A program made the translations under genes and the position numbers. A DNA stretch of 47,281 bases from an uncultured Candidatus Saccharibacteria bacterium (lineage in GTDB: Bacteria > Patescibacteriota > Minisyncoccia > Phycocordibacterales > GWA1-40-21): contig CAZAJY010000002.1 in the NCBI GenBank assembly GCA_964485905.1, positions 1 through 47,281 on the forward strand. Direction: 5' to 3'. The notes under the pieces were generated by a model. The model ran no database searches, was not told the origin of the DNA, and worked only from the letters and a program-made list of their open reading frames with translations. Position 1 is the stretch's first letter; each line of letters starts with the position of its first letter. Of the stretch, positions 26,340 through 34,692 are shown piece after piece.

Positions 26340-27593
26340 ATGCCAAAAATGTCTAAACAATCAGCTATTATCCTCATCCTCGTGGTCTTTTTAGGTGCCC
26401 TTGGTGCTCTAATTTATTTTTATTTTTCTTTTAATAGCCAGCCTCAGACCTTAAGTCCGATTACTAACCTTGATACTTATGATCCTTTTGGTACTAGGGG
26501 GGGAGATAATACAATGGCAACAACCGAAATGCCAAGTAATGTAATAGAAGAAAATCCTGTCAGTTTAACCACCGTCAGCAAACTTCGCCAAGTGTCAGCC
26601 GAACCAGTTTCTGGTTTTACTATTAGAAAAAATCCACAGACCCAGAAGACAAATATCAATTATATTTTGCGCGCCAATGGTAATATTTATGAAACTTATA
26701 CTGACTCTGTAGAACTAAGAAGGTTATCTATTACTACGGTACCAAAGGTTTATGAATCTATCTGGTTACCAGATGGTGTTAGATTAATTATTCGATATTT
26801 ACGAGAAGAGACAGAAAAAATTGATACTTTTTCTGTTAAAATCAACCCCGCCACAACCACTTTAAATGAATTTACGGGGGGAATTGATGGAAATCATTTG
26901 CCAGAAAATATTGATGGCTTAGCTATCAACCCGGCGGGTGATAAATTGTTTTATTTGGTAGATAATTTAGATGGTTCTTTTGGTTTTGTGTCCAAACCCG
27001 ATGGCCTTAATAAAAAACTTATATTTGAATCGCCATTAATTGAGTGGATTGTGTCTTGGCCAAAAGAAGAAATTATTACAATGAATACCAAGGCCTCAGC
27101 TAATATTCCCGGTTATTTATATTTCTTAAATAGTCAAACTGGAAATTTTTCAAAAATCATCGGTGGCATAAATGGTTTAACAACAAAAACAAATTTAGGA
27201 GCAACAGAAATCCTATATTCCGATAGTACCGAGGGCACACCTAAATTATATTTGTTTGATGTTAAAAAAGGGGAGAGTAAACCCCTGCCTTGGAATACTC
27301 TGCCAGAAAAATGTACTTGGAGTAAAATTGATTCAAAAATAATCTACTGTGCTGTACCAAAAAACTTTCCTACCGGGGATTACCCAGATCTTTGGTATCA
27401 AGGTTTAGTTAATTTTACAGATGATATTTGGTTAATGAATATCGAAACAGGAGCTGCAACTTTGGTCATAGATTTAGCAAAAGATGCCAATCAAATTATG
27501 GATATTAGTGATATGCAATTAGACAAAACTGACAATTATTTAGTCTTCACAAATAAAATAGATTTGACTTTGTGGAGTTTAGACCTTAAATAG
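26340..27593 (+). CDS. Hypothetical membrane-anchored protein (beta-rich ectodomain)
   Basis: 417 aa with an N-terminal TM (AIILILVVFLGALGALIYFYF). The remainder looks like repetitive beta-strand (propeller-like) sequence. Confidence 0.5.
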   Translation: MPKMSKQSAIILILVVFLGALGALIYFYFSFNSQPQTLSPITNLDTYDPFGTRGGDNTMATTEMPSNVIEENPVSLTTVSKLRQVSAEPVSGFTIRKNPQTQKTNINYILRANGNIYETYTDSVELRRLSITTVPKVYESIWLPDGVRLIIRYLREETEKIDTFSVKINPATTTLNEFTGGIDGNHLPENIDGLAINPAGDKLFYLVDNLDGSFGFVSKPDGLNKKLIFESPLIEWIVSWPKEEIITMNTKASANIPGYLYFLNSQTGNFSKIIGGINGLTTKTNLGATEILYSDSTEGTPKLYLFDVKKGESKPLPWNTLPEKCTWSKIDSKIIYCAVPKNFPTGDYPDLWYQGLVNFTDDIWLMNIETGAATLVIDLAKDANQIMDISDMQLDKTDNYLVFTNKIDLTLWSLDLK

Positions 27594-28050
27594 CAAGATA
27601 TTTTACCTTTACTTTTCTATCTTTTCCTTCACCAACAGATTCAGTACTAATATCTGGATAACTGGTTAATGTGCTGTGTACTACCATTCTCTCATAAGAC
27701 GACATCGGTGCCATCACGACATCTGTCTTCGAATTTTTTGCTTCCTCTGCGGCGCTTATCGCCTTCATTTTTATCTTATCATCAGATTTTGCCTGTAAAT
27801 CATTAATATCAATTGTACATTTAAAAGTTTCTTCGCCTGAAAAACTATTCTTATTAAAAAGTCTTTTTAAAAGATAAACTAAATCTCGGGCCAAGTCTTC
27901 TTTCTCCATAGAAACTTTTTCAAATTCAGCACTTTTAATTGAAAAAATATGCCCCCTCTTTTCGTTTAAGGAATATTCGATAGACTCTGTAGGTATTCCT
28001 AATAGATTGAAAATCTCTCCTATTGTTTTTTTTGCTTTTTCTATATCCAT
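27586..28050 (-). CDS. jag: Jag/KhpB-type RNA-binding protein (KH plus R3H)
   Basis: 154 aa. The C-terminal R3H-type segment is MSSYERMVVHSTLTSYPDISTESVGEG. It holds the conserved position downstream of yidC. Confidence 0.8.
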   Translation of the reverse strand: MDIEKAKKTIGEIFNLLGIPTESIEYSLNEKRGHIFSIKSAEFEKVSMEKEDLARDLVYLLKRLFNKNSFSGEETFKCTIDINDLQAKSDDKIKMKAISAAEEAKNSKTDVVMAPMSSYERMVVHSTLTSYPDISTESVGEGKDRKVKVKYLAI

Positions 28051-28169
28051 CCCGTTTGAAGTTTTACTAATTATTAATAATTACTATACTACATTTTATT
28101 TTCTAAAAATCAACATGGTCACCGAACTATCTTCCCCGAACTTCGAGCGGGATCCATTTTTTAAATTTA

Positions 28170-28910
28170 TTATTTATCTTCTTTTTTTAATTTCTTTCTC
28201 ATATAAACTTCCTGACCGACTGCAAAGACACTAGAGGTAATCAAATAAAGGGAAACGAGTGAGGCAAAGCTACGGGCGATGAAAAACATAAAAACGGGCA
28301 TTACATATTTCATCTGCATACTCATACTCTTGGCTAATTCCCCCTGGAAAGAAGTGTCTTTAGGCGCCCCTTCCACCTTCTTGGCCGCTGGCATTGTTAA
28401 TTTAATTTGTAAAAACTGCCCTACCGCAACCACAACCGCTAGTATAGTGCTTTTTTGTGTAATGTCAAAGAATCCTAGAAACATACTATTAATGTGTTCT
28501 GGGGCATGAATAAATGAGTAGAGTAAATCAATATTAATATTTGTTATTCCACCCCTATAGAAGACCATATAAAGAGCAATCAAAATAGGAAGTTGAATTA
28601 AAGCTAAAAAGATCCCAGAAAAGGGACTAACGCCCCTTTCTTTATATAAAGCCATTGTTTTAAGGGCTTGTTCTTGTTTATTGTCTTTGTATTTTACCTT
28701 AATTTCATCAATTTCGGGCTGAATTTTCTTCATTTCAATCTGACTACGAACTGATTTTTGCGAAAGAGGGAATAAAATTAGCTTTATTAGCACGGTAAAT
28801 AAAATAACCACAATACCAGCATCTATCCAAGGAAAAGTGCCTATAAAGCCAATAAAAGCGTTGTAGAGGGGTCTATATAAGATCAGATTAAAAACGTTAC
28901 CAATCATCAA
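28170..28910 (-). CDS. yidC: Membrane protein insertase YidC (short form)
   Basis: 246 aa and polytopic. Motifs are KKIQPEIDEIKVKYKDNKQEQ and GVSPFSGIFLALIQLPILIALY, in synteny with rnpA and rpmH. Confidence 0.9.
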   Translation of the reverse strand: MMIGNVFNLILYRPLYNAFIGFIGTFPWIDAGIVVILFTVLIKLILFPLSQKSVRSQIEMKKIQPEIDEIKVKYKDNKQEQALKTMALYKERGVSPFSGIFLALIQLPILIALYMVFYRGGITNINIDLLYSFIHAPEHINSMFLGFFDITQKSTILAVVVAVGQFLQIKLTMPAAKKVEGAPKDTSFQGELAKSMSMQMKYVMPVFMFFIARSFASLVSLYLITSSVFAVGQEVYMRKKLKKEDK

Positions 28911-28938
28911 AAGAGTATACCTTAAAAGAGGATTATTT

Positions 28939-29280
28939 TCAACTTAGGATTTTTGCCTTTTTTAATAATTCCCAAATATCTTTCTCTATTTCATTGAATG
29001 ATAGTTTGGAAATGTCTTTTTTAGTAAAAATTATGACAGACCAACCATTTTTAATGTCTGATAAAGCTTTTTCCACCACCGCTGTCATCTTTCTTTTAAT
29101 CAAATGTCTACCAACCGATGTCTTTTTTACCTTATTTGGCACCACAAAACTGAAAAGGGTGGGTGATTGGTCATTTTTTAATAGAAAGCGTAGATAAAAA
29201 TTGTCCCCATGCACAAAAACACCCTCTTTCATAATTTTTTCGAAAGATTCTTTTTTTACCCTTCGGTTAATAGATAGCAT
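28939..29280 (-). CDS. rnpA: Ribonuclease P protein component
   Basis: 113-aa basic protein located directly downstream of rpmH and upstream of yidC. Confidence 0.8.
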   Translation of the reverse strand: MLSINRRVKKESFEKIMKEGVFVHGDNFYLRFLLKNDQSPTLFSFVVPNKVKKTSVGRHLIKRKMTAVVEKALSDIKNGWSVIIFTKKDISKLSFNEIEKDIWELLKKAKILS

Positions 29281-29285
29281 AAAGA

Positions 29286-29423
29286 TTAAACCGTGCTTAA
29301 GCGCTTGCGCCCTTTTTGTCTTCTCTTTTTAAGGACTCTTTTGCCATAAGACTTTCGGCTTCTAGATAAAAAACCGTGTTTTTTAGCCCTTTTTGCCTTC
29401 TTTGGTTTATATGTAAATGACAT
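29286..29423 (-). CDS. rpmH: 50S ribosomal protein L34
   Basis: Not in the ORF track because it is under 60 aa. My minus-strand translation is [45 protein letters not shown] (45 aa), the canonical L34 pattern. Confidence 0.9.
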   Translation of the reverse strand: [45 protein letters not shown]

Positions 29424-29563
29424 AACAAAGAGTATAGTTTATTTTTTATGAAACGTCAAATACAAAGCCAAGAAGTTTCCCCCAATTTTTCCACAGCTTA
29501 TAAACAAATAGGGGTCTTGTGTATAACTTCCACACTTTAAAATTTAGTATATAATCATAAGGC
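29424..29563. promoter_or_regulatory. rpmH-dnaA divergent intergenic region with DnaA-box-like 9-mers
   Basis: TTTTCCACA at 29487-29495 (8/9 to TTATCCACA) and TGTGTATAA at 29518-29526 (8/9 to TGTGGATAA). Confidence 0.4.
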
Positions 29564-30910
29564 ATGACAGAAGAAAATAAAAAACTTTGGCAAAATGTTT
29601 TATCGGAGATCGAATTGTCTATTTCTAAGGCCAATTTTAATATGTGGTTTAAAGATACCTTCATTAGTAAGCAAGAAGAGGGGACGGTTTTTGTTGGTGT
29701 TCCAAATGTCTTTGTTAAGGACTGGTTAATTAATAAATATCATAAAAATATCTTAAAAAGCTTACGTAGTTTTGGTGAACATATTCATGCAATTGAATAT
29801 TTGGTAATCAAGCCAGAAATTAAAAAGGTCCCGGTTAAAGAAAATCAAGAAATAGTAGATCATAATGAACTTCCTTTACAAGATTTTTATATTAACAAAG
29901 AAGATAATTTAAATTCTAAATATACTTTTGAAACGTTCGTTGTCGGACCATTTAATGAATTAGCTTATGCTGCCACCCAGGCGATAATAAAAAGGACGGC
30001 AATTTATAATCCACTTTTCGTTTATGGAGGTACCGGCCACGGAAAAACTCATTTAATTCAAGCGGTTGGTAATCATATTCGAAACAACGGTCTGAACAAA
30101 AAGGTTTTTTATTTAACTTCTGAAAAATTTGCTGTAGATTTAATAAATTCTATTTCTAATGGTACAGCTAATCAATTTAAGGAAAAATATCGCAAATATG
30201 ATGTTTTAATTATTGATGATGTGCAATTTTTCTCTGGTAAACAAAAAGTGGAAGAAGAGTTTTTCCATTTATTCAATAATTTCTATGATAATAATAAGCA
30301 AATTATCTTTTCCTCTGATAAACACCCAAATTTTATTCAGGGGCTAGAAGATCGTTTAAAATCAAGGCTTAATTCGGGAATGATAGTAGAAATTCCCAGT
30401 CCAGACCTGGAGTCACGTATTCAGATATTTAAAGTAAAGTCTGGTATGTTAAATTTCTCTCTATCGCCTGAAATTATAGAGTATTTAGCTTCATCGTTGG
30501 AAGGCAATATCCGAGAGTTAGAGGGGGTTTTAAACTCTATTATCTGCCAATCTAAGTTAAAAGGGCGTGATTTAACAATTACGGAAATAAAAGATTTGAT
30601 TAAAAATAATCTCAAGCCTAAGAAAAATTCCTCAATAACAGACGTTATAAAAACGGTCGCAGAGTTTTATGGCATAACAGAAAACGAAATTTATGAAAAA
30701 ACCAGAAAAAAAGCCGTTGTTAAACCACGACAAATAATTATGTATATTCTAAGAGAAGATTTTGATGTTTCTTATCCAACCATCGGAGAAAAGTTGGGGG
30801 GGAAAGACCACACGACCGTTATGCACTCGTATGAAAAAATAAAAGAAGATATAAAAACAAATTCTTCCTTAACCAGAGAGCTTAGTCAGATTCGTTCAAT
30901 GATAACCTAG
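29564..30910 (+). CDS. dnaA: Chromosomal replication initiator protein DnaA
   Basis: 448 aa. Motifs are Walker A GGTGHGKTHL, Walker B VLIIDDVQF, sensor NIRELEG and the domain IV segment GGKDHTTVMHSYEKI. Confidence 0.97.
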   Translation: MTEENKKLWQNVLSEIELSISKANFNMWFKDTFISKQEEGTVFVGVPNVFVKDWLINKYHKNILKSLRSFGEHIHAIEYLVIKPEIKKVPVKENQEIVDHNELPLQDFYINKEDNLNSKYTFETFVVGPFNELAYAATQAIIKRTAIYNPLFVYGGTGHGKTHLIQAVGNHIRNNGLNKKVFYLTSEKFAVDLINSISNGTANQFKEKYRKYDVLIIDDVQFFSGKQKVEEEFFHLFNNFYDNNKQIIFSSDKHPNFIQGLEDRLKSRLNSGMIVEIPSPDLESRIQIFKVKSGMLNFSLSPEIIEYLASSLEGNIRELEGVLNSIICQSKLKGRDLTITEIKDLIKNNLKPKKNSSITDVIKTVAEFYGITENEIYEKTRKKAVVKPRQIIMYILREDFDVSYPTIGEKLGGKDHTTVMHSYEKIKEDIKTNSSLTRELSQIRSMIT

Positions 30911-31125
30911 GGAAAGGCTGTGTAAAAACATTGGATTAAATGTTGAAAAGGTTTGGATAAAAGTTAATTCAAAAAAAATAAAATCTTAAAAACAAAAAGT
31001 TAAAATGTTTTATTAACCAGTTAAAAAATAAATAATTTAAAAAATGAAGATATATAACAATAAAAAAACTTATCCACTTATCCACCTATATAATAATAAT
31101 ATTCTTAATTAATTAAATAAAATAT
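30911..31125. other. Candidate oriC (dnaA-dnaN spacer): DnaA boxes plus an extremely AT-rich unwinding region
   Basis: Overlapping tandem boxes are TTATCCACT (31070-31078) and TTATCCACC (31078-31086), each 8/9. TTTGGATAA lies at 30952-30960 (8/9, reverse orientation). A long A/T run lies between them. Confidence 0.65.
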
Positions 31126-32226
31126 ATGAAAGTTGAATGTCTAAAAGAAAAATTTTGTTCCGCCGTTTCAAAAGTAGAAAAAATTACCGGTAAAAATATG
31201 ACATTACCGATTTTATCCTGCATTTTAATTGAAGCTAAAGGAAATTTTTTAATTTTGAAAGCAACTAATCTTGATTTAGGTATAGAAATCAAAATACCAG
31301 CCAAGGTTTTACAAGAAGGAATTGTGGCTGTTCCGGGGATTATTTTAAATAGTTTTTTAACAAATTTAACTGGGGATCATAATCTAAAAATAGAAGCCAA
31401 AGATGGGAATCTGTCTATTTTAGGCTCAAATAGTCAAACAACAATAAAAAGCTTACCAAATGAAGATTTTCCAACAATACCAAAAGTTAAAGATGGCAAA
31501 ATTTATGAAATAGAAGCACAAAGTTTAATAAAAGGTTTAAAATCTGTATGGTATAGCGCTTCTTTATCAAGTATTAAACCAGAATTATCTAGTGTTTATA
31601 TTCATGCAAAAGAAGAGGGTTTGGTTTTTGTAGCCACTGACTCCTTCCGTCTAGCCGAGAAAATGGTTAAGTTTAAGAAGAATAATGAATTCGAGCAAAT
31701 TTTAATGCCATTTAAAAATGTTGCTGACCTCCTTAAAATTATTAGTGATGAAAAAGATTCTCTTGCTATTAATTTTACTAAAAATCAAATATCTTTTGAG
31801 TACGGGGACACTTATATTGTTTCTAGAATAATTGATGGGGTCTTTCCTGATTATCAACAGATTATTGCCAAAGACTTTAAGACTGAAGTAATTATACTTA
31901 AACAAGATTTAATAAATATACTTAAATTATCAAACGTTTTCTCTGATAGTTTTAATCAAATTAATATAAAAGTTTCACCGAAGGAAAAAACCTTAGAATT
32001 AAGATCAAAAAATTCTAGTGTTGGAGAGAATGTTAATAAATTATCCGCCATGATTACTGGTGAAGAAATTGAAATAAATTTCAATCATAAATATATTATA
32101 GATTGTTTCCAGTCCATTGATTCTGACAGCGTCTCATTGTCTTTTAATGGACTAAATAAGCCAATGGTCATCCGTGGAATTTCGGACAAATCTTTCACCT
32201 ATCTTGTGATGCCAATGAACCGTTAG
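31126..32226 (+). CDS. dnaN: DNA polymerase III beta sliding clamp
   Basis: 366 aa. It sits immediately after dnaA, has the typical three-domain length and ends with the conserved ...LVMPMNR. Confidence 0.93.
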   Translation: MKVECLKEKFCSAVSKVEKITGKNMTLPILSCILIEAKGNFLILKATNLDLGIEIKIPAKVLQEGIVAVPGIILNSFLTNLTGDHNLKIEAKDGNLSILGSNSQTTIKSLPNEDFPTIPKVKDGKIYEIEAQSLIKGLKSVWYSASLSSIKPELSSVYIHAKEEGLVFVATDSFRLAEKMVKFKKNNEFEQILMPFKNVADLLKIISDEKDSLAINFTKNQISFEYGDTYIVSRIIDGVFPDYQQIIAKDFKTEVIILKQDLINILKLSNVFSDSFNQINIKVSPKEKTLELRSKNSSVGENVNKLSAMITGEEIEINFNHKYIIDCFQSIDSDSVSLSFNGLNKPMVIRGISDKSFTYLVMPMNR

Positions 32227-32242
32227 GGGGTAGTATCAAATA

Positions 32243-32271
32243 CAAACACAAAGGTTTAACCTTGGTTTGAC
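32243..32271. repeat. Module-boundary palindrome S1 (AAGGTT-T-AACCTT core)
   Basis: CAAACACAAAGGTTTAACCTTGGTTTGAC, nested in an outer inverted repeat AAATACAAA (32238-32246) / TTTGTATTT (32276-32284). It begins 17 nt after the dnaN stop. Confidence 0.6.
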
Positions 32272-32352
32272 ATATTTTGTATTTAATGTAAAGTGAAAGA
32301 GGAAGTAGGAAATAGGAGTCCTTTACGTCGCAAACAATAGGAGGGAGACAGT

Positions 32353-33129
32353 ATGAAATGGCCGGAGTTGATGCTCATGATTCGACATGACGTGTCCGAA
32401 TACAATGTGCTCAAGAAGAAAAAGGAGGGAAGCGTCCTATACTGGGAATTCCTTCAGCATTTCAAGCAAGACCCTAACTCAGAGGAGACTCGCCGTTTGG
32501 CCCTTGGGGTTCAAGAGGCGTTCGCCATGGGAATGGGTGATGCTGACACCAATTTGGTGGATGAGGAAGCGGATCGGGCCAGCAAAACTGGCGCAGCCCT
32601 TCGGAGTCTGTATCTGGAGAGACCACCTCACATTATCTTCGTCTCACCATATCGGCGAACCAAGCTGACCTTGTCGGGTTTGAAGCGGGGCTGGCCGGAA
32701 CTAGACGGAGTGAAGGTGGTGGAGGACGAGAGAATTCGCGAGCAGGAGCACGGTCTATCCTTGCTCTACAATGACTGGCGAGTATTTCATGTTCTGCATC
32801 CAGAGCAAGCGGCTCTGCGCAAACTCGAAGGTGCTTACTGGTACCGCTACCCTCAAGGAGAGAGCGTGCCGGACATGAGGGAGAGGAATCGCTCGTGGAT
32901 GGGTACTGTGGTTCGGGACTTTGCTGAAAGGCGGGTTCTGGCCGTTACGCACCATCTGAACATTCTGGGTGTCAGAGCCCATTTGGAAAGATGGAGTGCC
33001 AACAGATTCATTCAAGAGGATCAACAGGACAAGCCGATCAACTGCGGCGTGACGGCTTATTGTGGTCATCCGGAAAAAGGGGAAGACGGACACTTCCTTC
33101 TGGATTACTACAATCGGTGTTTGTGCTAG
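32353..33129 (+). CDS. Histidine phosphatase superfamily (phosphoglycerate-mutase-like) protein, GC-rich foreign gene
   Basis: 258 aa. It has an RH catalytic motif near the N-terminus (LMIRHDVSEYN), a second His motif (AVTHHLNI) and a strong SD (GGAGGG) 7 nt upstream. Its composition is clearly different from the flanks. Confidence 0.75.
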   Translation: MKWPELMLMIRHDVSEYNVLKKKKEGSVLYWEFLQHFKQDPNSEETRRLALGVQEAFAMGMGDADTNLVDEEADRASKTGAALRSLYLERPPHIIFVSPYRRTKLTLSGLKRGWPELDGVKVVEDERIREQEHGLSLLYNDWRVFHVLHPEQAALRKLEGAYWYRYPQGESVPDMRERNRSWMGTVVRDFAERRVLAVTHHLNILGVRAHLERWSANRFIQEDQQDKPINCGVTAYCGHPEKGEDGHFLLDYYNRCLC

Positions 33130-33150
33130 AAGTGGTGCGAAAGGAAAGTG

Positions 33151-33181
33151 AACACGGCAAGCGTAACCTTGCCGTGTTTTT
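33151..33181 (+). terminator. Intrinsic terminator of the GC-rich cassette
   Basis: AACACGGCAAG-CGTAAC-CTTGCCGTGTT followed by TTTTT. Confidence 0.8.
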
Positions 33182-33188
33182 CATTGAG

Positions 33189-33276
33189 CCAGAACAAGGT
33201 TTAACCTTGGTCTGGGTATATTTTCTTCTAAACAACAAATGGTAGACGGTCGTGTGTCATTTATTGTTTTGAAATA
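33189..33276 (+). repeat. Palindrome S2 plus copy A of the 74-nt direct repeat
   Basis: CCAGAACAAGG-TTTAA-CCTTGGTCTGG (33189-33215; the 11-nt arms match 10/11). 33203-33276 matches 34707-34780 at all but one position (T/C). Confidence 0.85.
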
Positions 33277-33297
33277 CGCCATGGCGTATCTGGCGAT

Positions 33298-34113
33298 ATG
33301 TTTTTAGGAGATTTGTGGTACACTTTTGTTATGAGTGAAAATAAAATGATAGAATCTAATACCGAACAAAGGAAAATGGGCGGGGAATTAAAACAAAAAG
33401 CAGAATTTTCTATAGAAAAAGCTAAGCGGGTTATTTTAAATAATATTCCCGACGAGGAAATTATTTCTATTTATGTAAAAGGTAGTTATGCTCAAGGCGA
33501 ACTTCAACCAGATAGTGATGTTGATGTAGTGGTAATCCTTAAAACTGAGGAATATTTACCAAAAGTTTATACTCTGGATACTAACACTTCTAATCCTACA
33601 GAAATTCCCTTTGCTATTGTGGCCTACACATTAAAGGAACTACAAACTGGAGAGAAAGCGGTTAATCGCCCTAAAATTTCTTCTCCTGTTAGTGTTTTTG
33701 TAAAACAATTAGACTTTTTACCACTTATTTATGGCGAAAAGCCAGAAGGGAATTTGTTTACTAGGACAGATAAGAAAGATCTAACTGCCCACCCGAGTGC
33801 ATTTCATAGTACTTTTTTACCTGACTATGTGGTCGGTAAATTTTCTATTCAGGAATTAGTTAAGCAAGCCCTTTGGCTAGCAGATAGGGAACAAAGGTTG
33901 CTGGGTAATGTCCAAGGATATTCTTGGCAAGCTCTTTCTGATTCTGTAAAAGATAAAGATCACATCATCCACACCACCCTCCGTCTTCGCCGACAAGCGA
34001 AAATCTCCACCTTAGAAAAAGCTGATTTTGTACAAAAGCTAGAAACTTATCTTAGTTTTCTTGAGAGTAATTATAATCAGACTAATTTCAAACAAGGTTT
34101 AACTTTGTTCTGA
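33298..34113 (+). CDS. Nucleotidyltransferase-domain protein (Pol-beta superfamily; size and architecture reminiscent of ANT/aadA-type adenylyltransferases)
   Basis: 271 aa as given; the true start could be a downstream Met. It carries the minimal NTase signature VKGSYAQGELQPDSDVDVVVIL. The last codons (QGLTLF*) are encoded by palindrome S3. Confidence 0.6.
   Translation: MFLGDLWYTFVMSENKMIESNTEQRKMGGELKQKAEFSIEKAKRVILNNIPDEEIISIYVKGSYAQGELQPDSDVDVVVILKTEEYLPKVYTLDTNTSNPTEIPFAIVAYTLKELQTGEKAVNRPKISSPVSVFVKQLDFLPLIYGEKPEGNLFTRTDKKDLTAHPSAFHSTFLPDYVVGKFSIQELVKQALWLADREQRLLGNVQGYSWQALSDSVKDKDHIIHTTLRLRRQAKISTLEKADFVQKLETYLSFLESNYNQTNFKQGLTLF
34088..34113. repeat. Module-boundary palindrome S3
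   Basis: TCAAACAAGGTTTAACTTTGTTCTGA has the same AAGGTTTAAC core as S1/S2 and overlaps the stop codon of the NTase gene. Confidence 0.55.
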
Positions 34114-34147
34114 CTTCGATCTGTGATAAATATGATAAAATGGTGAG

Positions 34148-34627
34148 ATGAAAATAGAGACTAGTTGGATTTCAAAGAGGACGGGGAAAGAGGTCAGGGC
34201 CTATTTTGAAGAGGCCGATGACTTTTCTAATTTACCTCAAGAAAAAATAAAAAGCATTTGTGCTTTTTGCTATCTGGACGGACAATTTGTAGTGGTAAAA
34301 AATAATTCAAATTGGGAACCGGTCGCCGGACATGTGGAGGTGGGGGAAACACCAGAACAAGCTTTGATTCGAGAAATAAAAGAGGAATCAAATATGAAAG
34401 TCTTAAAATGTTTTCCTATTGGTTATCTTTATACTTATGGGGAAAATATTTATCAAACGCGGTATTTGTGTTTGGTGGAGCCCTATGGTCCTTTTGTCAG
34501 CGATCCCGATGGTGGGGTGACAGAAATCAAGTTAGTCAAACCAGAGGATCTTCCCTCGGTCATTGATTGGCGTGACACCGCCCTTTTGATGAAGGATCGC
34601 TGTCTCAAAATTCTTACTAATCTTTAA
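34148..34627 (+). CDS. NUDIX hydrolase
   Basis: 159 aa with the Nudix box GHVEVGETPEQALIREIKEESNM (G-x5-E-x7-REUxEExGU pattern). Confidence 0.85.
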   Translation: MKIETSWISKRTGKEVRAYFEEADDFSNLPQEKIKSICAFCYLDGQFVVVKNNSNWEPVAGHVEVGETPEQALIREIKEESNMKVLKCFPIGYLYTYGENIYQTRYLCLVEPYGPFVSDPDGGVTEIKLVKPEDLPSVIDWRDTALLMKDRCLKILTNL

Positions 34628-34637
34628 TTTTTCAAAT

Positions 34638-34671
34638 ACAAAGGCTTCGCCTTCAAAGGCGAAGCCTTTGT
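34638..34671 (+). terminator. Perfect 16-bp hairpin after the NUDIX gene (terminator and/or recombination-site relative)
   Basis: ACAAAGGCTTCGCCTT-CA-AAGGCGAAGCCTTTGT, preceded by the TTCAAATACAAAGG motif shared with S1/S5 and followed by a repeat of GCCTTTGT. Confidence 0.55.
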
Positions 34672-34692
34672 AGCCTTTGTGTGTTTCTGGGA

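Noticed and set aside
32387-33245. Four ORFs of 66-112 aa on both strands inside or overlapping the GC-rich phosphatase gene (32387-32668, 32755-33093, 32991-33245, 33038-33238)
   Set aside because: Long shadow ORFs are expected in GC-rich DNA. Only the 258-aa frame has recognisable motifs, a strong SD and a terminator.
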